Positions 27,812-41,272 of a stretch of DNA of 64,000 nucleotides are shown piece by piece (within the stretch, counting starts at the first letter, position 1; every line of letters begins with the position of its first letter). The stretch comes from an uncultured Ignavibacteriaceae bacterium (GTDB taxonomy: Bacteria > Bacteroidota > Ignavibacteria > Ignavibacteriales > Ignavibacteriaceae). The DNA lies in assembly GCA_964618785.1 (NCBI GenBank), contig CAZUCY010000001.1, positions 54,169 through 118,168 of the forward strand, given 5' to 3'. Position numbers and translations under genes: made by a program. The notes beneath the pieces were generated by a model. It did no database searches and was not told the origin of the DNA. It worked only from the letters and a program-made list of their open reading frames with translations.

Positions 27812-29734
27812 ATGAAAATTGAAAAAATTATATCTATTCTTTTATTCTTTTATTCTGCCTTCAATCTGTCAGCTCAGCCAAAGAATACTCTGGAAACGGG
27901 AAATGTGAAAGAAAATCCTGCCATATCATTCCCGGTCATTCAAGATAAGTTTTTATTAAATAATGACGGAACCACCCGTCTGCAGGGATATTTGGGAAAT
28001 AAAATTGATCTTTGCATAACAAATCGTATTAAAGCTCAAAATGAGGATTACCTTGTAGAGCCTTTCCGGCATCGGGAAGAAATAAAAAATTGGCAGACGG
28101 AGTTTTGGGGAAAATGGATCTGTTCAGCTGCCGGAGCATACAGATATACGCACGATCCCGAACTTCTAAAAATAATTAAGAATTCTGCCCTCTCTTTAAT
28201 GAACGCCCAGACCAATGACGGCTATATAGGCAATTATGCCGATAGCTCTCATCTGGAAGGCTGGGATATATGGGGTAGAAAATATACACTGCTCGGTTTG
28301 TTGAATTGTTACGATGTCTGCAATGATAAAAATATTTTGCATGCTGCTGTCCGTTTAGCCGACCATCTCCTTAGTGAAGTTGGCACGGGCAAAAGAAATA
28401 TTGTTAAGACCGGAAGTTACCGCGGAATGGCGAGCTGCTCCGTGCTTGAACCGGTTGTTTTGTTATATAGACAAACCGGAGAAAAACGTTTTCTTAATTT
28501 CGCTGAATATATCGTTAGCATGTGGGAATCTCCCGGTGGTCCGCAGTTGATAAGTAAGGCGCTTGCCGGAATCGATGTTGCTGAACGGTTCCCTCATCCG
28601 CCTTCATGGAATTCTTGGGAGAACGGACAGAAAGCCTATGAAATGATGTCTTGCTACGACGGTCTGCTTGAATTGTACCGCGTAACTGGCAATCCTTCAT
28701 ATCTGGAAGCCGTTGAGAAAACTGTAGAAAATATTATCCGGACTGAAATAAATATCGCCGGTTCTGGTGCTTCGCTTGAATGTTGGTTTCACGGACGGCA
28801 GAATCAGATTTTTCCTTCATATTGTATGATGGAAACATGTGTAACAATGACGTGGATGAAGCTTTGTAATAATCTTCTCAGGTTAACCGGCAAACCAATT
28901 TATGCCGACCAGATTGAAAAGAGTGCTTATAATGCGCTGCTTGCTTCAATGAAGCCTGACGGTTCAACTTTTGCCAAATATACTCCGCTTGAGGGTTTTA
29001 AAAATATCGATGAAGGTCAATGTGGAATGAACATCAACTGCTGCGTAGCAAATGGACCCAGGGCATTAGTAATGTTACCCGGTTTTGCAGTAATGAAAAA
29101 TGACAATGGAATTGTTGTAAACCTGTATTGTCAGTCTGAAACAAGGATTCCGGTTGATCGGAATAATCTTGTAACATTGCGGCAAATTACAGATTACCCC
29201 GTTTCGGATTCAATTACTATTGAACTCTCAGTTCAAAAAGATGTAGTATTCTCTCTTGCTTTGCGCATTCCCGCCTGGTCAATTGTAAATACTTTGTCAA
29301 TTAACGGTGAACCGTTGAATAATATTGATGCCGGTAAATACAAGGTAATTAGAAGAAAGTGGAAAAATGGAGACATAATTAATCTTAAGTTGGATATGCA
29401 TTGCCGGATTGAAAAACTTGATCATCACTATGCTTTAGTGCGCGGTCCCATTGTCTTTGCTCGTGATTCGCGTGCCGGTGATGGATACGTTGATGAAACT
29501 TCCGAAACTCAATTGACGGACGGCCCTATTGTATTAGTAACTGATGATGCAAAACCGCAAAATGTGTGGATGTCTTTTATTGCTCCGTTAACATTAGGAA
29601 GCGATAGAGAGAATAAAGATAAAAATAAGTTAATTCATTTTTATGATTTCGCTTCTGCGGGAAATTCTTGGTGCAATTCCGATCGTTATAAAGTATGGCA
29701 GACGGAAACCATTGATGTTAGAAAGGAACATTAA
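27812..29734 (+). CDS. GH127-family glycoside hydrolase (beta-L-arabinofuranosidase / DUF1680 type)
   Basis: Signal peptide. The LQGYLGNKIDLCI...FRHREE...WQTEFWGKW N-terminal pattern. E-x-C in MMETCVTMTW and the C-C pair in NINCCVANGPR match the Glu/Cys3 zinc and catalytic Cys arrangement known for HypBA1. Confidence 0.8.
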   Translation: MKIEKIISILLFFYSAFNLSAQPKNTLETGNVKENPAISFPVIQDKFLLNNDGTTRLQGYLGNKIDLCITNRIKAQNEDYLVEPFRHREEIKNWQTEFWGKWICSAAGAYRYTHDPELLKIIKNSALSLMNAQTNDGYIGNYADSSHLEGWDIWGRKYTLLGLLNCYDVCNDKNILHAAVRLADHLLSEVGTGKRNIVKTGSYRGMASCSVLEPVVLLYRQTGEKRFLNFAEYIVSMWESPGGPQLISKALAGIDVAERFPHPPSWNSWENGQKAYEMMSCYDGLLELYRVTGNPSYLEAVEKTVENIIRTEINIAGSGASLECWFHGRQNQIFPSYCMMETCVTMTWMKLCNNLLRLTGKPIYADQIEKSAYNALLASMKPDGSTFAKYTPLEGFKNIDEGQCGMNINCCVANGPRALVMLPGFAVMKNDNGIVVNLYCQSETRIPVDRNNLVTLRQITDYPVSDSITIELSVQKDVVFSLALRIPAWSIVNTLSINGEPLNNIDAGKYKVIRRKWKNGDIINLKLDMHCRIEKLDHHYALVRGPIVFARDSRAGDGYVDETSETQLTDGPIVLVTDDAKPQNVWMSFIAPLTLGSDRENKDKNKLIHFYDFASAGNSWCNSDRYKVWQTETIDVRKEH

Positions 29735-29858
29735 CTACTGCTAAATTAAATCTTTGCGCTCTCCTTGCCTCTGTAAGAGAAAAATGTCCCTTGCAAAGAT
29801 GAAAAGTCCGCAGAGAATAATGAAGAATAAATTACCTTGAAAATATATGAAGTTCTAA

Positions 29859-31220
29859 ATGAACAATAAAAGTTTTATCAAATCATTCATAATCATTTTC
29901 CTTTTTATATGTTTTTGTTTGGCGGCGCAAACTGACAATGCAGTCAAACCTCAAAGTGAAAACTGGGCGCCCAATACGAAAAATGCCGTTGATAATCTGA
30001 TTATGGAAAACGCCGGCAAGAAAGGCGCTTATGCAGTATTTAATTGGGAAAATACTTCAATATATGCCGACGTTCAGGATAATTTGTTTATCTATCAGAT
30101 CGATCAACTCGCTTTTAAAATGACGCCGGAAGAGTTCAAATATTCTTTTTTACATTATACCGATACGGGATATAAATATAATCTTCAAATATCCTCGGAA
30201 AATTTTTCTCCTAAATATAGAAATGTTAACGGTAAGTCTATAAACATTAGCTTAATTGCTGAAGACTGTTATGACGATTATAAATTCTTTTACGAAAACT
30301 ACCGGGGAATGAATCCGAATTCTGCTGGAAATATCTCTCTCGAAAAATTAAGAGAGACGAATCAATTCAGGGACTTTAATGCAAAGATGTGGTTTACGTA
30401 CGCCGCTCTTGAAAATACCTTTTCGCCTAATGTTGCTAATACCTGGATTATGTACGTGAGTTATCCCGGCTTTTCTTCTTTGGAAGTCAGGAACATGGTT
30501 AGGAAAGCTGTTAATATTGGTATTAAAAGGAATAATAAAAAAGTTTATTTTGACAGTCCGGTGGAATTGCCCGGCAAAACCGGTGTTGTAAGTAATTCGG
30601 CTATAGGCAATTATTTTGTAAATAAAATTCGCCCTATCCCTGAAATCGGCTTGTTGTTTAAAAAATTGGAAAGAAATAAAATTCCCGTTTATATTAGTAC
30701 TTCATCTATGCAGGATATAATTGAAGCTGTCGCAACCTATCCGGCTTTTGGATACAATCTTCAGGGAAATAGAGTTTTAGGATTAAGACTTAAGAAAGAT
30801 AACTCAGGTAAATTCATTTCACTTTGCAATACTTCTGACGGATATGCGATAAACAGCATGGAAGGAAAGGCTTATAACATCAATATTATTCTTGTGAACA
30901 GGTACAATGCGAACCCTATCATGATAGCTGGCAGTAGCCAGGGAGATTATTATATGATCGCTCAGTTTTCCGGGTTAAATGGTGTCGCAATGTTAAACAA
31001 ATATAAGCCTGTTCAGTTGATCCTCGTTATTAACCGTTTGAAGGGCAAAATGATTGGGGAAATTTGCAAAATTGCCGCCGGGCAGCTCTTCGGAAAAAAA
31101 ACCGGTTCTTCTGTGGTTGTTCTGCAAGGTCGCGATGAAAATTCCGGGGCTTGGATACCGACCGAGAAAACTCTGAAATTTGGCTCGTTTGGTCTGGATA
31201 AATTAAAACTGCTTCCTTAA
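29859..31220 (+). CDS. Secreted protein of unknown function (weak HAD-like features)
   Basis: Signal peptide ...FICFCLAAQT. 453 aa. AVFNWENTS sits where a HAD DxDxT motif would be. IPVYISTSS and IAGSSQGDYYM loosely resemble HAD motifs II and IV. No confident family. Confidence 0.5.
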   Translation: MNNKSFIKSFIIIFLFICFCLAAQTDNAVKPQSENWAPNTKNAVDNLIMENAGKKGAYAVFNWENTSIYADVQDNLFIYQIDQLAFKMTPEEFKYSFLHYTDTGYKYNLQISSENFSPKYRNVNGKSINISLIAEDCYDDYKFFYENYRGMNPNSAGNISLEKLRETNQFRDFNAKMWFTYAALENTFSPNVANTWIMYVSYPGFSSLEVRNMVRKAVNIGIKRNNKKVYFDSPVELPGKTGVVSNSAIGNYFVNKIRPIPEIGLLFKKLERNKIPVYISTSSMQDIIEAVATYPAFGYNLQGNRVLGLRLKKDNSGKFISLCNTSDGYAINSMEGKAYNINIILVNRYNANPIMIAGSSQGDYYMIAQFSGLNGVAMLNKYKPVQLILVINRLKGKMIGEICKIAAGQLFGKKTGSSVVVLQGRDENSGAWIPTEKTLKFGSFGLDKLKLLP

Positions 31221-31676
31221 TCTTTTGTCGGATCATTAGCGCAGGATTTTAAACATATACCAATAATTTAAACGTAAAGACAAGTTTTTTTGATCTATGG
31301 GATTTAATTTTATTAAGCTATAAATTGTTTCTTATGCATATCGCCAATGAAAAAATCTTTTTACCAGTCTTCCTGTTTTTTTACTCCCGTTTCATTGATG
31401 TATGTCCGGGAAATCATGTTGATGATTTATAATCTCCGGTTTTAAGAATCAATAAAGAAGTGTATAATTCAAGAAAAATAAGTCTCAGCATATCTTTTGG
31501 TCCGGAAGGAATATCCTGTTATTTTGATGTAGGTAATCACTCGAAAAAAAATACAAGGATTTTATAAGCAGGGAGTATATTTATTATTTTTATGACCGGA
31601 AGTTAAAATCATATTTTTAGATCGGTGGGAAATGAAAGAGAAACGTTATAAAATCGTTTTAATTAATACTTATTAG

Positions 31677-34784
<3,108 letters not shown>

Positions 34785-34858
34785 GCGGTAAATATATCTG
34801 CTTGCTGTATTTGAATGGATAAAATTTTTATGTCTAAGTGAAGAAAGAAAGAAGTCTT

Positions 34859-36793
34859 TCAATTATATTCTCTCTTCATTGTGCTGAATTCCAAATGCAG
34901 GAATTTCTTGTTGTATCTGAAATCGAGCGAATCCGGTTTAAATTTTGCTTTAATGTATGGTGAATCGTAACGTTCGTATTCGGTTTTAACGCTCGAGCCA
35001 TTAATACAAAAATTACCGCAGTATTTTAGCTTAAGTTCTTTCCCTTTGGAATTATAAGTAAGAATAAGGTTATTCTCATCGAAAATAACTTTATTCCCCG
35101 TAATTCGATTGCAAAAATTATTAAATGATACGTCTTGATCTTCAGCTCCGGATTCAATAATCCAGAATACTCTTCTCCCTTGCTGAATTAAATCGTCCGA
35201 AGAATTATTCACGTAGTAAAAATTATTTTTGCCGATCAATGCGCAGTATGTTTTTCCTTTTTTCCCAAAAGCATATTTGCCTGCGATTTTAACCGAGTCA
35301 AATTTCTCTTTGGGAAAATATGCATGTGTGAAATCAAGCATAGCCATTTCCATTATCCCTTTTTTAACCGGGAGATCGTAAATAGATAGACTAATGGAAC
35401 TATCTTGCACAACGTGCGGAAGCCTTCCGTATCCTACCCAATAGTTCGGAGAGTCGTGAAAATTGCCTTTTGGAAGGGCAGGATGATTATGAAAAATACT
35501 GAAAAAATTTTTGATGTTCATTCCTGCAACATGAATCTGGTTTGCAAAATTGCCCGGGAAATAATTTTGGACAGAATACAGAGAATAATTTTTTGTTTTA
35601 TATGTATAAGTATTTGCTTGCTGAATTGCCGTTCCGTTTGATTGCGGATTTAAAGACTGAACTAAAAAAGGTTCTAATTGAAAAATACGTAATAAAGTAA
35701 AATCTAAATATTTGAATCCGGCTAAAAATTCGTTCGAAAACATGTTGTCTTTCCGGATGTAGGTCAGAGAGTTCCTTACAATTTCTGGATCGGAAAATGC
35801 TTCCATCCCCCACTGCATCATTATGCTTCTGTTATCTGTCCCATAATATTCTTCTGCCTTAAGTTGGGAAATATTTAATCCATTACATTGTTTAATTACT
35901 ACATTCGAAGTGTCTTTTCCAATCTCAAGTAAGACCTGAGGTATCCGGTATTTTTTGCTGGTTAAGAATCCATAATTAATAGAAATATTTTGCTTTGTGC
36001 TCTGTGTTTTATTCCATAAAAAATTAGTTATTTTGGTCAAACTTAATTTGGTGCCTCCTTTACGTCCACGTTCATATGCTCTTCCGCTTACGGAAACAAA
36101 CATGTTGCCTGACTTTTGTGAGGCAATATCATACATTAACAAATCCATAATAATTTCTGTCTTTTTAACTATTTCATCGTTATGGGCATAATCGATAAGA
36201 TTAATCATTCCGGCAATATCTTCATTGTAATATGTGTTTGAATAAAATTCGGAAAAACCGAACTTCCATCGCATTTCCAGCCAATCTTTTATTCTTTGTG
36301 CGGCTTTCGCCATATGTTCCTTACCGGATAGCCCGCTGTTTGCAAATATAGAGTCAGGATAAAGTTGACCCGCCAGGTATTCTGCCGATGCAAAAAGTAT
36401 CTGATGGTTTTCACTCCAGTAGCACATTGAATTTTGCCCGGGCTCGTCCATCCAGTAACGGAAATTCAAAAGAGTCTTTTTAATTTTTAACATCGCACTG
36501 TCCGGAATTTTTCGCCGGAAGTCATAAATAATTCTTATTAATGTGGCGATTCGAAAATCGGAAACATCGTATTGCTTATCAATATATTCACAACTTCCGT
36601 TTAACCCTTCCCAGTTTATTTTATCCGTATCGTTTACAAGCTCAAAATAAATTTTGGAAACTTCCGGCAGGAATTCATATGCAGGCAGCGATGGAATGGT
36701 CCTATAATTTGAAATTCTTACAAGATCAATTATAATTGATATAATTATTAAGCTTAAAAATAATAATGATAAATGTTTTATGCTGAATTTCAT
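34859..36793 (-). CDS. N-terminally membrane-anchored protein of unknown function (candidate polysaccharide-active enzyme)
   Basis: Intact 644-aa ORF on the minus strand. N-terminal TM span: HLSLLFLSLIIISIIIDLV. Conserved-looking segment MCYWSENHQILFASAEYLAGQLYP. No recognisable family. Confidence 0.6.
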   Translation of the reverse strand: MKFSIKHLSLLFLSLIIISIIIDLVRISNYRTIPSLPAYEFLPEVSKIYFELVNDTDKINWEGLNGSCEYIDKQYDVSDFRIATLIRIIYDFRRKIPDSAMLKIKKTLLNFRYWMDEPGQNSMCYWSENHQILFASAEYLAGQLYPDSIFANSGLSGKEHMAKAAQRIKDWLEMRWKFGFSEFYSNTYYNEDIAGMINLIDYAHNDEIVKKTEIIMDLLMYDIASQKSGNMFVSVSGRAYERGRKGGTKLSLTKITNFLWNKTQSTKQNISINYGFLTSKKYRIPQVLLEIGKDTSNVVIKQCNGLNISQLKAEEYYGTDNRSIMMQWGMEAFSDPEIVRNSLTYIRKDNMFSNEFLAGFKYLDFTLLRIFQLEPFLVQSLNPQSNGTAIQQANTYTYKTKNYSLYSVQNYFPGNFANQIHVAGMNIKNFFSIFHNHPALPKGNFHDSPNYWVGYGRLPHVVQDSSISLSIYDLPVKKGIMEMAMLDFTHAYFPKEKFDSVKIAGKYAFGKKGKTYCALIGKNNFYYVNNSSDDLIQQGRRVFWIIESGAEDQDVSFNNFCNRITGNKVIFDENNLILTYNSKGKELKLKYCGNFCINGSSVKTEYERYDSPYIKAKFKPDSLDFRYNKKFLHLEFSTMKREYN

Positions 36794-37083
36794 TAATTTT
36801 ATTGGAGTTAAAAAAAATAACCAAATAGATTTAGTTGAATTAGTTGCGAAAGTAGATAACTATTTATTATATTTTACTTAATAAATATGTATAGTTTTTA
36901 TCGCTAAAAGCATGTCTGCTGGTTCAAAATATATGTCTATGCGTATATTATCTAAAGAATAAACAAAATAATTTCAAGCCCACATTCATGTAAATTGTTT
37001 AATCTGGAGTTGTCAATTTCTTGAAATCGCATTTTTTTAATTTAAGTTGTAAATTTCCGTTTGTTTCCGGTAAACAAAAAAAC

Positions 37084-40000
37084 ATGTATAAATTTATATT
37101 TTTTTTAATCTTTATCATAGTAACTAACTGCAGTCGGCTTTTTGCTTCGGGGACCAATTTCTACACTCCTGTATATTCCAACCCGTTTACCGAGCTGTGG
37201 CGCTGGCAGAGTTTTCCCGAGTTAATCGACAAGGGATGCCGTTGCATGATTGAAGATAAAAACGGGTTTTTATGGTTCGGTGTTAACGGCGGTGTGATGT
37301 GTTACGACGGTATGAACTGGAAATATTATTCCCTTACCAAAGATTCTTCCGATACACCGGTCGTTTCATTATGTTTTGCCGGCGACGGTTCTCTTTATTC
37401 TGGCTCTGCAAAAGGAATAAACCAATTAAAAAACGGTAAATGGAAATCAATCCCGTTGGATGTTGATCTCGGTGATCCGGTGGAACATCCTTATAATAAG
37501 ATACCTATTATTGAAGCTTTGGATGGAAGCATTTGGATCGGATGTCACCAGGGTGCTATTCGTATTAAGAATAATCAGGTTACTTTGTATAGAGAGAATG
37601 GTATTTATTCTGATCCAGCTAAGTTCGGTATGTTGCGAAAATTACCTTTATTCGATATTTATAGCATCTTTGAAGATGTAACAGGCAAAATATGGTTCGG
37701 GTTAATTGATGGAAGAATTTTCAAATGTCAGTTTTATAATTACAATGTTGCTGCAAATCCATTATGGTATCGGGTAGATACCGAAAATGGTTATATTCAA
37801 ACAAAATATCCTTTGATTAAGATAACGGAATCGGGCAAGGTATTTATTGCCTCCGGTCAAAATGATGGAGGCGTTAATTATAAAGAGAATCAAAGGTGGA
37901 AGTTATTCAAGTCAAAACTATCTTTTGGAATTGATGATCTCTACTCTGATATTATTGAGTTAAATGACGGCTCCATTTGTGCTGCCGGAGTGGGTTATAT
38001 CTTCATTTATAAAGGCGATGGGTGGAAGATGTACCAAAGCACAAGTTTGCCCTTTGCATCCAATAGATTGATTTTATTCGAAACGCATGATCAGAAATTC
38101 TATATCATTGGTTTGGGAAATGAAGTCTGGCGGATTGATCTTTCATTTAAACGATGGTTGACTTTAAAAGGACTTAGTTTTAAGACTGAAGACAATAAGG
38201 GCGGAAGATGGTTTATTTCTGTTGACAGGTCTATTGTTAAATGCGATGCGCAGTTGAAAACGTGGATAAGGTATACAAAAGCCGACGGGGTTATTGATGC
38301 GCCTGTAAATATTCTTATTTCAAGGAACGGTAATATTTGGGTAGCCGGAAGTGACCATCAAATTGCCGCTACAGCCTGCTTTGATGGTAATCGATGGACC
38401 AAACAGCTTCACCCTACTTTAGGCTGGGGAATTGATCGCCGTGCTGTCTTTGAAGCTACCGACGGCTCTTTATGGTTTGGCACGGCTTCTGACGTCTCTT
38501 TTGAAAAGGGTCAGAAAGGTGGAATTGTTAGATATTCTAATATTGATAATCCCGATGATATTCATTTTGAATATTACTATGCCGACAATAATTTCAAACT
38601 TACTGGCATTTACGGTATTGGTGAGACTGCCGATAGTACAATCTGGGTTGGAGGGCTTGGTTTTTATAGTTTCAATCTAAAGAATCATAAGTGGAGTAGA
38701 ATTTTGAATCCCTCTGGTTTGAATGCAAGTTTTATTGATTGTTTGGGTACTTCTAAATCTGGAGACCTTTGGGTAGGTTCAAGAACGAACGGTGTTTATT
38801 TCTATGATAGCAAGACAAAGGAATGGCATCAATATACCGTTAACAACGGGCTTTCAAGTAATACTATTATCAATATTTTGGTTGTATCTAATCAAAATGT
38901 TTGGGTTGCAACTAATCGCGATATTTCTCACTTTGACGGTTTGAACTGGACTAAAAATTCCTTCCACAGTTTTTTAAAACCTAAACTGGATGCAATAGCT
39001 ATAAAATCTACAAAAGATGGCGGGCTATGGGTGAACCAGAATTTACCTGAATGGTACCGGAAGGGTTTGTACAATGACCTCAATATAAAAGAGTCTTACG
39101 ATGATTTTTATACTACTCTTTATCATCCGGATAAATTAGCTCCCAAAACAATTATTACATTCGCTCAGAAAAAAATTGCTCAGCCGGGCAATGTAATATT
39201 ATCCTGGACGGCAACTGATCCGTGGAAATTGACTCCCGTTGAGCAGATTCAATATTCTTATAGGATGGATAATAATTCGTGGTCAAACTTTACGTATCAA
39301 ACTGAGATTATATTCTTTTCGTTATCTGCGGGCGATCATACTTTTGAGGTTAAGGCACGGGATAGAGATTTTAATGTTGATCCCACGCCTGCTAAGGTTT
39401 CTTTCTATGTTGTTCAGCCCATTTGGGCGCAGCCATGGTTCATATTATTAATTCTTTCATTTTTGTCAATCATTGCTTTCTTTATTTATCATTTATATCA
39501 CCGGAATAAAATCATTGAAGAAATTTCCGAAACAAAAATGCGGCTTTTCGCAAATATTTCGCATGAGCTTCGAACTCCTTTAACACTTATTATGGGACCG
39601 CTTCAAAAGGTAATCGAATCACATTTACTTAGTAAAGATTTGGTTAAACCTCTGAACCTTGTGAATCGTAACTGTTATCGTTTGTTAAGGCTTGTAAACC
39701 AGGTGTTGGATTTTAAGAAACTTGAAACCGGTCAACTCAAATTCGAACCGATAAAAGGCGATATTATTGATTTTTTACGGGAGGAAGTTTCGATCTTTCA
39801 TGAATTTGCAGAATCAAAAAAGATTAAATTAAAATTAGAAACCGGTATCGATAAATTGGAAATATGGTTTGACCCTGATAAAATTGAAAAAATCATGTTT
39901 AATTTGCTGTCCAATGCATTAAAGTTTACTAACCAAAATGGTTCTGTCTCCGTGCTAATTTCAAAATTAAATGCTGGTAAAACTCGAATAATTAATCTGG

Positions 40001-41148
40001 GACTGAACAAACCTGTTGAATTTTCTGATTGGCTGGAAATTAGAGTCAGTGATTCCGGTGTTGGTATTTCAAAACAAAACCTTAATAAAATATTTGATCG
40101 TTTTTATCAGGTACAGGATCATCGCAATACGGCAGTCGGCGGAACCGGTATTGGTCTGTCTGTTGCAAAAGAAATGATAAATATTCATGGCGGTAAAATA
40201 TATGTTGAAAGTTCCGAAGGAATTGGTACTTTGTTTATAGTCGATATTCCTGTTATTGATGAAATAGTTTTCGAGACCAATGTTCAGTCTCAAGTGATTG
40301 AGAAATCAGGATTTATCAAACAGAAATTTCCTGAGAATGGAAATGAAGGTATCCCGGATATTGTTGAAGATGAAGGAAAATCAAAAAATAGAAGCAAAAT
40401 ATTGATTGTCGAAGATCATAAGGAGATGCGCGAATATATTAGAGAGGAATTGGAAAATGAATATGAAATTATGGAAGCCGTTGATGGCGAGGATGCATTG
40501 AACAAAGCTTTGAATTTTGGACCGGAGATAATTGTAAGTGATATTATGATGCCTAAGATGGATGGGATTGAATTCTGTAAGCGGATTAAAACTGATGAGA
40601 GAACCAGTCATATTTCCATTATTTTACTCACTGCCCATTCTTCTCAGGAATATAAAATGATGGGACTTGAAACCGGCGCTGATGAATATCTTACAAAGCC
40701 GTTTTTCATCAAAGAGCTCCAAATTAGAATACATAATATCTTAGAAACAAGAAAAAAACTGAGAGAAAATCTAAGTAAATATTTACAGATTGAACCCAGC
40801 AATATTGAAATTACTTCGGTAGATCAAAAATTCTTGAAAAGAGCAATCGATATTATCGAAGAGCATATGGACGATTCAGAATTTAATGTGGAAACGTTTA
40901 GTAAATTGGTTGGGATGAGTCGCGTTAGTTTGTATCACAAATTGAAATCTCTCACAAATTACTCGGTCCAAGAAGTTATTTTTGCTGTTCGTTTGAAACG
41001 GGCAGCGCAATTGCTCAAAGAATCCGGCATGACTGTAACCGAAATTGCTTATTCTGTAGGTTTCAAAGATCCGTCACATTTTAGTAAGTCATTCAAAAAA
41101 CATTTTGGGGTTCCGCCAAAATCATTTATTAATGATAGGGAAAAATAA
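37084..41148 (+). CDS. Hybrid two-component system sensor kinase/response regulator with AraC-type output (HTCS), copy 2
   Basis: Collinear with copy 1 over its full length: same propeller repeats, IQYSYRMDNNSWSNF, NISHELRTPLT, DSGVGI/GGTGIGLS, ILIVEDH...EIIVSDIMMPKMDG and VTEIAYSVGFKDPSHFSKSFKKHFGVPPKSF. ATG 37084 (MYKFIFFLIF...) gives an N-terminus matching copy 1. The TTG 37021 extension is unlikely. Confidence 0.9.
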   Translation: MYKFIFFLIFIIVTNCSRLFASGTNFYTPVYSNPFTELWRWQSFPELIDKGCRCMIEDKNGFLWFGVNGGVMCYDGMNWKYYSLTKDSSDTPVVSLCFAGDGSLYSGSAKGINQLKNGKWKSIPLDVDLGDPVEHPYNKIPIIEALDGSIWIGCHQGAIRIKNNQVTLYRENGIYSDPAKFGMLRKLPLFDIYSIFEDVTGKIWFGLIDGRIFKCQFYNYNVAANPLWYRVDTENGYIQTKYPLIKITESGKVFIASGQNDGGVNYKENQRWKLFKSKLSFGIDDLYSDIIELNDGSICAAGVGYIFIYKGDGWKMYQSTSLPFASNRLILFETHDQKFYIIGLGNEVWRIDLSFKRWLTLKGLSFKTEDNKGGRWFISVDRSIVKCDAQLKTWIRYTKADGVIDAPVNILISRNGNIWVAGSDHQIAATACFDGNRWTKQLHPTLGWGIDRRAVFEATDGSLWFGTASDVSFEKGQKGGIVRYSNIDNPDDIHFEYYYADNNFKLTGIYGIGETADSTIWVGGLGFYSFNLKNHKWSRILNPSGLNASFIDCLGTSKSGDLWVGSRTNGVYFYDSKTKEWHQYTVNNGLSSNTIINILVVSNQNVWVATNRDISHFDGLNWTKNSFHSFLKPKLDAIAIKSTKDGGLWVNQNLPEWYRKGLYNDLNIKESYDDFYTTLYHPDKLAPKTIITFAQKKIAQPGNVILSWTATDPWKLTPVEQIQYSYRMDNNSWSNFTYQTEIIFFSLSAGDHTFEVKARDRDFNVDPTPAKVSFYVVQPIWAQPWFILLILSFLSIIAFFIYHLYHRNKIIEEISETKMRLFANISHELRTPLTLIMGPLQKVIESHLLSKDLVKPLNLVNRNCYRLLRLVNQVLDFKKLETGQLKFEPIKGDIIDFLREEVSIFHEFAESKKIKLKLETGIDKLEIWFDPDKIEKIMFNLLSNALKFTNQNGSVSVLISKLNAGKTRIINLGLNKPVEFSDWLEIRVSDSGVGISKQNLNKIFDRFYQVQDHRNTAVGGTGIGLSVAKEMINIHGGKIYVESSEGIGTLFIVDIPVIDEIVFETNVQSQVIEKSGFIKQKFPENGNEGIPDIVEDEGKSKNRSKILIVEDHKEMREYIREELENEYEIMEAVDGEDALNKALNFGPEIIVSDIMMPKMDGIEFCKRIKTDERTSHISIILLTAHSSQEYKMMGLETGADEYLTKPFFIKELQIRIHNILETRKKLRENLSKYLQIEPSNIEITSVDQKFLKRAIDIIEEHMDDSEFNVETFSKLVGMSRVSLYHKLKSLTNYSVQEVIFAVRLKRAAQLLKESGMTVTEIAYSVGFKDPSHFSKSFKKHFGVPPKSFINDREK

Positions 41149-41178
41149 GGTCATAATTCTTTTTATCCTGATTTTTTA

Positions 41179-41272
41179 ACCTCTTTTCGCAAAATTTTAT
41201 ATTTTTTAACCCACGTACCCGAAAATTATATTCATAAACAAGTATTCCGAATACCCTGAATCTATTTTTTAG
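41179..41272 (+). promoter_or_regulatory. Copy of the HTCS-downstream sequence block (see 18504-18593)
   Basis: ACCTC...GTACCCgAAaATTAt...ATACCctgAATCTATTTTTTAG, in the same order and at a similar distance from the sensor stop codon as at the TBDR promoter region. Confidence 0.35.

Noticed and set aside
29750-29800. ATCTTTGC ... GCAAAGAT inverted repeat (8-9 bp, ~35-nt spacer) after the GH127 stop.
   Set aside because: The loop is long, there is no U-tract, and the repeat occurs only once. It may be a weak structure, but it cannot be supported as a terminator or regulatory site.
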